20,000 bases of DNA from NCBI GenBank assembly GCA_000934665.2, contig KZ538766.1:60860-80859 (forward strand). Reading direction: 5' to 3'. The DNA is from Catajapyx aquilonaris. Taxonomy: Eukaryota. The translations under genes and the position numbers were made by a program. Below the pieces are notes generated by a model. That model ran no database searches. It was given only the letters and a program-made list of their open reading frames with translations, and was not told where the DNA came from. Shown here piece by piece: positions 11,466 to 20,000 of this stretch (the first letter of the stretch is position 1; every line of letters starts with the position of its first letter).

Positions 11466-12022
11466 CAGGGTGCTCAAAAACTCGCGGAAAGTCGCCAGGT
11501 AGCCTGATAGGACTCGCAAAACTAATATAGGGATGTGGAAGTAGTTTTGGGCTAACTTGCATAGTTTTTGCGTACGACGCCTTCAAGATTTCGGCAGTTT
11601 CATGACGTCACATCCGCCTTGAGGCCCCCATTGCGTCATCATACATCTTGTTGTGGCTGTTGCCATTGGCACTGATTATTGTTGCGAATATTGTCAGCTG
11701 TGATTGTTGAGAAATAAACAACGATTTCAGTCTGGCAAGTGAGGTGTCGACTGGCCACAGATACCGTTGTTTATTTCTCAACAATCACAGTTGACAATAT
11801 TCGCACCAATAATCAGTGCCAATGGCAACAGCCACAACAACATGTATGATGACGCAATGGGGGCCTCAAGGCGGAAGTGACGTCATGAAACTGCCGAAAT
11901 CTTGAAGGCGTCGTACGCAAAAACTATGCAAGTTAGCCCAAAACTACTTCCACATCCCTATATTAGTTTTGCGAGTCCTATCAGGCTACCTGGCGACTTT
12001 CCGCGAGTTTTTGAGCACCCTG
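11466..12022. mobile_element. 557-bp palindromic non-autonomous DNA transposon (Tc1/mariner-type MITE or fold-back element)
   Basis: TA|CAGGGTGCTCAAAAA...TTTTTGAGCACCCTG|TA. Arms 11466-11723 and 11765-12022 (258 bp each) are colinear reverse complements with about 4 mismatches by eye; 41-bp spacer; no ORF. Confidence 0.9.
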
Positions 12023-12129
12023 TATATCATAAAAAGGTGTCAACTGAAATTGTCGCCATTTCTTTTTTTTCTTTTGCTGATGTCCAATATATTGGACATC
12101 AGGTCTCAGGAGGATATATATAACAAGGT

Positions 12130-12300
12130 GCCAACCTGAATTATGTTGGTACTACTGAACATCAACGGTTGCCAACCTGAATTATGTTGGTACTACTGAA
12201 CATCAACCGTTGCCAACCTGAATTATGTTGGTACTACTGAACATCAATGGTTGCCAACCTGAATTATGTTGGTACTACTGAGCATCAATGGTTGCCAACC
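12130..12300 (+). repeat. 41-bp tandem repeat, 4+ copies
   Basis: GCCAACCTGAATTATGTTGGTACTACTGAACATCAACGGTT starts at 12130, 12171, 12212, 12253 and (partial) 12294. Confidence 0.95.
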
Positions 12301-14962
12301 CCAGAGTAAGTAGTTGGTATTCCTGGTTGGTGCCAACGGTTGGCACTACTCAGCAAGTGGGCTGGTGTTGGCAACCATTGCTCAGTAGTGCCAACCTGAA
12401 TGATAATTATGTTAGTACTACCTGGTACTACCAAGAGGTACTACTTATTCCTGCTGCTAATTAGGCTAAACACCATGCTAAACACCGACGCCAGGTGGTG
12501 GTCCTCGTCCTGGAAATTTGGCCACAATGCAGTAACATCCGTCTTATTGTAATCCCCAGCATGTTTGTTATTACGTGATTGGAAAGAATATATATACGGT
12601 ATGTATAGTTTTAATGTAATAAAAGGAATTTGCAGTGGCACAAATTTTTTGCTTTGCATAAACACCTATATAGCCAAACAAAATTTGTGCCTCCAGAAAC
12701 GGGTCTCTAATAACGAGTTTGCACCATCCAATTATCAATTATCCCTTTCCTGCATTCTCTCCTCCTGTTAATTGACCTTACCTCCCTTTTTTTTTTGTCG
12801 CTTGACGCGTAATGAACTTGTTTTTCGCCTCTGGTCCAGTCACAAGCTATAGAGTTGAAGCTGCCAAGTAGAGATTTGCGATAAGTTTGATGTGGTTATT
12901 TTTACGACTATCACAAACTTTGCACAATAATTACGACATGTGCATGCGGAGTGTATGTTGGGCCATTATTTGCTGCTATTTTTTATTTAAAAAACGATGG
13001 TGTTTCCTCAGTGTGTTTGCTTTCTCTATAGTACCTGCAGGCATGATCCGTGTATACATATTGATGAGCTGTTTTAATTAACACTGTAGCATATGAGCTT
13101 ATAATTAGGGGGAATTAGTTTTTTACAAGCTAAAAATGTACTTAGCAAAACTGCAACGTTGATGGGGGACATTAACGTTAGAAGAAGCAATATTCTGCAC
13201 CCACCTACACAGCACGTTGCGTTGTATATTATTGAAATAACGAAAGTAATTTTAACAAGCAGTACACACGATGGTGCATTACCTAAGTCACAAGCTCAAA
13301 CATATAGATTATGAATATATTTATGGATTATTTACTCCAGTTAAAAGTTCAGGTAATAATATTTTTTGAAAAAATCACTCAGATGTCGCAGTAAAATATC
13401 GTTCGTAAGTGAATTATTTTCATTCAATACGTATTTTAGTTTGTTCCTTTTACTGCTTGGCTACTTCGCGTAAATAATTAATGGCAACATTTACATGCCC
13501 CTTGCTCCAAAACTCATTACAGTGAGATATATTACTGCGAACAGCAATTATCTTTTTGTCATTTTTTTGCAAGCCTGGTTCTGTCGTTTTTATACAAACC
13601 CTCCTCATAATTGGGTTGAAACAGTAGGCCTATAATTTACCTAATTATAAATACATATTCTGGAGTGCCAAGTCCCTATACTAAGGAAAGGTGTTACATA
13701 TTGTTTATTCCAGCAAGCAGCTTGAAGATAAGTATTAATTACAACTGATTATGACATTGATTACTTCCGACTCATTTTCTGTAATAAAATGATTTTTGTG
13801 ATAAACAATCCTTGATTTTTTTAAACAAATTTTCCCCTGGAGCTCCTATTTGAACTGAGACCTTGGCGTGAGTGCACCACCCTCAACACGTCCAATCAAA
13901 AGTTACTGCTTCTTAATTAATTCGCCTATATTGATTGACTTGCATAGCTGACTATATTATCTGGGAAATGTGATGTTAAATTCAGATATAACCAGTTGTA
14001 GTTATTGCGAAAGTAGTTTTGCATAATATATGGACAGTCATTCTTTACTGTAATGAGATAGTTTGCCAGCAATTTCCGGCGTGACTCATGCAGTACCTCA
14101 TTGAGGTTTACAAAACACGTAACAAACAATCACCTTCCCAAAATAGGCCAAAGTCTTCAGGTCGTAAACTTTGTAGTCATGTCTCTTCTCATCTGACAAC
14201 ATCTCGCACTCTCCTGAATTTACGATCAAGGTTATATTTGCACAGTGTTAAGATGAAATTGCAATCTTGGTCCCTCTATATATATTCTCTCTCTCCCACG
14301 CCTTTGTCACCTTTCAAGGGCTCTCATATAACTATATAGAGAGACTTGAGAAGAAAAATTTTCAAGGTGAAGCATTCCAGAAGGTCACTTTGCCCCCAGA
14401 CCGTGTTCTTTTTAGTCGGGCGATTGACCCTAATAAGGTACACTCCCACAAACATGTTTGGGAGAGTGTTGGAATTATGCGAGAGAAAATAAAGAGGGGC
14501 GTCTCATATAATAATGTTATACATGGTGAGTTTGATTGCTTTGATCCTTTCTGCAGAGTTGGAGGCCACTAACATTTTATTTATATCCGGTTGAGTGGGT
14601 TTTAGCCAGTCCTACCATGCCAAAGGGGCTATATATTTCAAATGCGACTGATGCCATTGTGTTGCTTAAATAAAATTGTCGCCGGAGAAAGGTACGTGGG
14701 GAAAGCCCTTTTTAAATATAAAAAAAATATTACAACTGTTGCTATTCATGACGAGATATGAGCCAAAATCGGTTCAGACTAGTTTGAAATGTGGACGAGC
14801 ACTTTGGACAATGTTTACTCTGACAACATTAAATGAATGAATGAAATATGGTTATCAAAAGTGACATCTGTCATGCTTTGACTTATTACTAGCACATACA
14901 ATGCAATATTCTTGTTATTTTTATGAGCAGAATAATTCAAGCTTTTAAATATAATTCTAATC

Positions 14963-15105
14963 GGCTTATTCTCTCCGTCGGATGTTTGTCAGATAGTACC
15001 GCTACCTTCCGCACGACTTAAGTGTGGCAGGAGTGTGCAGAGGGAGTAAGCGCCATCTATGCGTGAATAATAGTACTGCGTGGTAAATCGGGGGGCATCT
15101 CATTA
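14963..15105 (+). repeat. Dispersed repeat copy 2 (same family as 2588-2735)
   Basis: Direct similarity to 2588-2735 over ~145 bp; its start TTCTAAT.GGCTTATTCTC recurs at 19982-20000. Confidence 0.75.
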
Positions 15106-15959
15106 AAGTTGTGCGACTGTCGCTGCCATATACTGACAATAGGTTTTGCCAAATTTTGACAACAGGTTCACTAGTAACGATTATATCACTACTGATACAC
15201 ATCATTTTCATAATAATTAACTATCAAGGCCTGCTTCCACTGATGCGGACTTCGTGGACATCTCTGTTTCAGACTCACTCTTACAGTATAATTTGCTCGT
15301 ACAGTATATGAGTCTATTAATAGACTCGAGCAAGTCGCACTGTATTTCGCAGCATCTACATAAATCAATTAAAACGAGGAAAAGCGTCATATCTGCAGTG
15401 AAGAGCATAGAGACTGTGTACACTGCGTTTTTACTGTCCAAGAATAATATTCACTGTGCTTCGAATTTTTTTTAAATCCTCCACTGTCGGGACTGCAACA
15501 TTTTACCCCAATAACATGCCCAAAAACAGAATCAAGCGATGCTTTAACGCCGCTTTGTTGACCTCATTACATTCGCTCTGCCCTTTGATGTTTACAGGTA
15601 TATATACGCCGAGTTTTATACGGCGCTCCATGTTTTACGACGCTTCACATTATAGCCACCTTATCAAAAAATATAGCTAGAAATTGCATTTAAAAAAAAA
15701 ATTGCTAGAAAATCTTAACGGGAAACATTATCTCGATTGTATCTGCTTGAGTAGGCCACTTCTTCCAGTCAGTATAAATTATTTATCATCCAAGTTCCTT
15801 TAAAAAAAAAAAAAAATCTTACAGACGACAATCATCCTGTATTTTTAAGCCAGCGCAGAGATGCGTTTCTCTTCATCAGGCTTGATCTGAAGTCATATCT
15901 TCATAGACACAGACATTTAATGTCTCACGTTTTAAATTTTAATTAAACTTTTCCTTTTA

Positions 15960-16505
15960 CTTTATAACAGTTCAATATGTAATAGTTTAATATGTAATAG
16001 TTTAATAACAACAGGTTAATATATGTAATAATTAATGGCTATAATAGTCTAGAATCTAAAATATAATACCTTAAATAATAGTTCAACAGGTAACAGTTTA
16101 AGAGCAATAGTTTAATAAGTTTCATAGTAATAGTTTGATAATAATAGAATAGTTTAATAAGCTAATACCCTAATAATAGATAATAATAGTTTAATAGTTA
16201 TAGCTCTAAGTGTACTACTAGTTATTAGCTAAAGTATGCTACTATACACTCTAAGAAATGTCCGGGTTAAATATATTTATCCCGGACATTTCTTAGAGTG
16301 TAGTTATATAATTAGCTAAGTCTACTACTATAGTTATATAATTAGCTAAGTCTACTAGCTGCTAGTTGTAGTAATAGTTTAATAGTTCATTCATTACACC
16401 ACGGTATTGTCCCAATATTATAGTTTAACAGTTTAATAGTTAATGGTCCAATGTAACAGCTTATATTAGTTATATACTGTGGTTTAAAAGTAATAGTTGA
16501 ATAGG
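15960..16505. repeat. AT-rich low-complexity tract (TAATAGTTT-like) including a 30-bp tandem unit
   Basis: Recurrent AATAGTTTAA; TAGTTATATAATTAGCTAAGTCTACTA occurs at 16301 and 16331. Confidence 0.75.
16247..16300. mobile_element. 54-bp palindromic micro-MITE with CACT termini and TA target duplication
   Basis: TA|CACTCTAAGAAATGTCCGGG...CCCGGACATTTCTTAGAGTG|TA; the adjacent tandem unit shows the empty site. Confidence 0.75.
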
Positions 16506-16704
16506 CATTATAAGACCATGTTTTTTTTTATTTATCTAGTGCCCTTTTCCTTAGACATGTTAAGAGTTGATACATTTTTCTTTCAATCCGAGTTATTCTG
16601 ATTTCTGAGATGTCCTGATGCGATGTGCGGCCCCCGATGTGTGACATCATCATTTGGCGGGAAGTTCTCGGATTGGTGGAGCTTCTCCAGCGCGGGAAAA
16701 CTCA

Positions 16705-16706
<2 letters not shown>

Positions 16707-16738
<32 letters not shown>
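16707..16738. repeat. (CT)n microsatellite abutting the assembly gap
   Basis: 16 CT units running into Ns. Confidence 0.9.
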
Positions 16739-16826
16739 NNNNNNNNNNNNNNNNNNNNNNNNNNNNNNNNNNNNNNNNNNNNNNNNNNNNNNNNNNNNNN
16801 NNNNNNNNNNNNNNNNNNNNNNNNNN
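16739..16826. other. Assembly gap (88 N)
   Basis: Run of N. Confidence 0.99.
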
Positions 16827-18869
16827 GTTTGACGCAATGGCGCGATGGCTACCCAAAACTGTGAGGGGGGGCTCCCCTCCCGCCCCAGCACACACATCTT
16901 GCCAACAAAATGGCATCGATTTTAGTCCTGGTTCATGCACAAGCACCCCCGCTTGTCTGACAGGGCTAGATGGTAGAGAGGACTGAAGGGGGATGGAGCA
17001 GGGTGTAGTGGGAGGGGTAGGGGGGTGAAAGTGGGTGGGTGGGAGAGATCCTGCGAATCAATAAAGCTCTGAAACTCCCCCACATTTATAGTAACTCCTC
17101 CCAATCATACACCCCCCTGCACCTATAATATTAATCTAGGAAGAGCTCCACTTGAAATGAAAGCAGTGCAGACAAGAGTGTGATAAACAGCTTTTTATTT
17201 TTTTAAAAAAATTTGCAAATAAATTTTTATAACGAAATTTTGTGGTCATTACAAGATGATTAGCAATAATGTGACACCCCATATTACCGCTCTGAGTGGC
17301 CCTGAATATTTCAGTAGCAGATAACGAATCAGATTCCAGTAATAAACGGGTATGAAATGTGCAGTAAATTGCAATAATGTGGCCTATATCAGAACAATCG
17401 CAACACACGAATATCTATGCCTACTTCTATACAATTACACATTATTAAGTAAAAAAGAAAAATCAGATACCTGAAATGGGTAGTAAATGGTAATATGAAA
17501 ACAATCACAAGAGGAAAAAATGAATATGATTGAATTTGCCCCGAGTACTTATTAATTAAAAATATTATTTATCACTAATGTTCATATTTAAAAAATTACA
17601 ATTAGGCCACGATTTGGTTGTCCTCATCAGGCTTGATCTGAAGCCATATTTTCATAGATATTTAATAGCTAATGTTTCTTTTTTTTAGCTACAGGCCCAA
17701 GTCTATAGCCATGGTAACCAGCAAGCCTGGACAAACCAACAATCAAACCTGGACAAACAAACAAAATCTACCTTTTATTATAATAACAGATTAAATATGA
17801 AAATAATTATTACAACACATGCTGGACCAAATATTTAAGCTAGATTCACAACAAGAGCAATATATATATACAAGTATTTTTACACAGGCTTATGCCAACA
17901 AAATTTTTGTACAAATATTTTCCATGATTAGTTGTAACAGTGTAACTTATTACCGCAAAAAGGAACTGATTGAAATCCGAAACCCTATAACCTACATTTT
18001 ACCGTCCTTGCCCAAGGCAACAGTAATTCACTAATCAAATCCTGATTACAGCTTCATAACTTGTTATTGTAAGACTCTAACCGTAAATCATTAGGCTCCC
18101 ACTTCTCTCTCCTTTTTTTATGTAGCCTCCAGCACTGCATTTTGATACATTTTTTTTTGATGCAAGCTATGCACACTTTTACTTGCAAAAAAAGGGGTGG
18201 ATATAGAAAATGCTATAAACCGCTATACCCCTCTCTTTTTCCACTATATAAAAATTTTCCACCTGATGTAGCGCTATATTGGTGGGGACGCTCCACGAAA
18301 AAGTAATCATGTCCTGCATGGAAGCGTATAAACTATATTGATTTGGGAGGCCCATGTTGTGCCCCGATCCCCCCCTCTACTCTTTGAGAGTCTATCGACA
18401 AAATGTGTGTGTCCGACACAATGTTCATGATTTGCACGCGTAGCGTGGCAGAACAGAATCGAGCTTTTTGAAAAACAGCTTTGGCGATGACTATATCGGC
18501 CAACTGCAAATATGGACTCTCTCTCTGATGAATCGAAAAACCAGGCCAAAGTTTACACTGGGTTTATTTAAGGGGGTGGAAAAAGGTTCTGGTGTGTTCA
18601 TAAATGGGGCTATGTTTTGTGCAGAAGTTGGGAAGAAAATCGGTAGATGGCGCACGCTGCTTCCTTCCGTCATTCTATAGCGGCACGACATGACGGAGGC
18701 ATTTTAATTATATGTAGGATATTCCCCACAGAAATGAACCGGAAACAAGATCGGCAAATCATGCGAGCGTGATTCGAGTAGACGTTTTTTCATTGTCAGT
18801 GAAATTCAAATTGGACAACAGTGACATAATGTTGTCAGTAACGACCAAGGACAGCAAAGATATAGAATG

Positions 18870-19155
18870 TTGTCAGTTTCATTTCCGGTTTCCAATGTGC
18901 CCAAAGACTTTGTAACTTTGACCTTGGTGGATAGAGTGGACCCGGATAACCGGAAGTGGCAGGTCACCGGAAGTTGGCCATGAAACCTATTTTTGGTCAC
19001 GCTGAATCCGAATCCGAAAACAGTTTGCCACTATCTCCTGCGGTTTAGGTCCTGATACCTGTCCACAGACGGACAGACGGACAGAGCCGTTTTTTTGATC
19101 GAGAAAAAGTCAGAAAAAGGCGTGTATTTGTCCTCATTTTGCTCCATAAAAGGTC
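18870..19155 (-). mobile_element. Helentron/DINE-1-like element, minus copy (left boundary approximate)
   Basis: Reverse complement reads ...GCCTTTTTCTGACTTTTTCTCGATCAAAAAAACGGCTCTGTCCGTCTGTCCGTCTGTGGACAGGTAT...TTCGGATTCGGATTCAGCG, similar to 19863-19975. Confidence 0.55.
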
Positions 19156-19458
19156 TGTATATGATCTGAAGTGTACCCATGGCAACTTTGCATGGCAACG
19201 GATCATCAAGTGTGATTAGAGCAGTGGAGATCTTTCTCTTCTCTAATCCTGTGCACCATAATTGCGGTTCTTCCCCCTCGTCCCCCTCGACTTCCTTTTG
19301 AAGTGGGCCGTTTAGCTTCTTAGCGACCAAAGTTCGCAGAAAGGAAAACAAGGGGGGGGGGGGNTTACCATTTTAATAATAAAAAATTTAATCCTATTCT
19401 ACTTTCAGGGAGAGTGAACTGCGCTTGTTCGGGAGCAGATCGTTAATTTTAAAGTCTA

Positions 19459-19700
19459 CAGGGTGTTTCATTATGTGTTATGCTTTTAAAGGGGGAATTA
19501 TAGTGTGCACCAGAGAATCGCTTTGCATATATAGGCTTGTTATTCAGATATAATTAGTTTGAAAGAGATCAAATGATTCTCTGATGCTCATCAGAATATA
19601 AGTATATTGACGAAATGAAACACCTTGTAGGCACGGGTAGATTTTGCGTGGAATTAGAGTTGGGGCCCTTTTGCAGCCGCCGATTTTCCGTCTAGTTTTC
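19459..19700 (+). mobile_element. Possible mariner-type terminus / fragment (TA|CAGGGTGTTTCA...)
   Basis: Same TA|CAGGGTG terminal motif as the two complete MITEs; no partner TIR seen and the right boundary is unknown. Confidence 0.35.
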
Positions 19701-19862
19701 TCACATTATTATTCAAACCGGTCCAGAAAGCTAATTGGATTACTTGGAAATTACCAGCCGAAGACATATCGCAGCACCGCATTACTAAAGTCGTCAACAT
19801 GCAATAAATTTGGGGAAAGTCAACTAACTAATGCTGATTCAAATTGATTTTTTTTTGTAGTG

Positions 19863-20000
19863 AGCCTTTTTATATGTAGAGCAAATGGAGGATGCCCTTT
19901 TATAGACTTTTTTTCTCATCATCAAAATAAGTTTTATAGAACGGTTCTGTCCGTCCGTCTGTCCGTGGACATGTATTTTTCTTCTAATAGGCTTATTCTC
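19863..20000 (+). mobile_element. 5' part of a Helentron/DINE-1-like element with (GTCY)n microsatellite, truncated by the window edge
   Basis: AACGGTTCTGTCCGTCCGTCTGTCCGTGGACA at 19940-19971, leading into the GGCTTATTCTC repeat; homologous to the minus copy at 19056-19155. Confidence 0.6.

Larger units (their letters stand above)
10370..12420. repeat. Complex hairpin minisatellite built from GGTTGGCACTACTGAGCAA / TTGCTCAGTAGTGCCAACC modules
   Basis: Inverted module pairs at ~10421-10480, 10707-10765, 10855-10913, 11108-11170 and 12338-12396, a half pair at 11408-11446, and a higher-order ~280-bp duplication (~10965-11150 vs ~11235-11446). Confidence 0.9.

Noticed and set aside
10221..11519. 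ORFs with repeated LLSSANLNY / VGTTEQ motifs
   Set aside because: They are translations of the DNA repeat in several frames and on both strands, with frequent stops and no splice or domain support.
10421..12400. CRISPR-like appearance of the repeated palindromic module
   Set aside because: Modules alternate in orientation, the spacers are related to each other rather than unique, there are no cas genes, and the context is an intron-containing eukaryotic gene.
17670..17720. Possible plus-strand exon (polypyrimidine-CAG followed by GCCATGGTAAC)
   Set aside because: An isolated splice-like signal with no coding or partner-exon support.

Overview
Eukaryotic genomic DNA from an invertebrate, probably an arthropod; not prokaryotic. 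The only supportable protein-coding sequence is the 5' end of a minus-strand KAT6/MOZ/MORF (Enok-type) MYST histone acetyltransferase gene. It has two phase-0 coding exons (9094-8879 and 7520-7146) encoding the tandem N-terminal winged-helix domains (SAMD1-like WH1 and H15-like WH2). A >7 kb intron follows and runs off the left edge; I found no PHD or MYST exons in the window. The predicted 5'UTR carries three tiny uORFs. The GC-rich promoter region (~9.2-10.3 kb) has YY1-type and CRE/UPRE-type motifs and CT/GGA microsatellites. Directly upstream is a ~2 kb array of alternating-orientation GGTTGGCACTACTGAGCAA modules that form serial and mutually exclusive hairpins. It is interrupted by a near-perfect 557-bp palindromic (fold-back) CAGGGTG-terminal MITE carrying CRE, ETS-CRE and C/EBP-ATF motifs. 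The remainder holds small MITEs, Helentron/DINE-like repeats, an AT-rich low-complexity tract, a possible degenerate hammerhead relic and an 88-N assembly gap.
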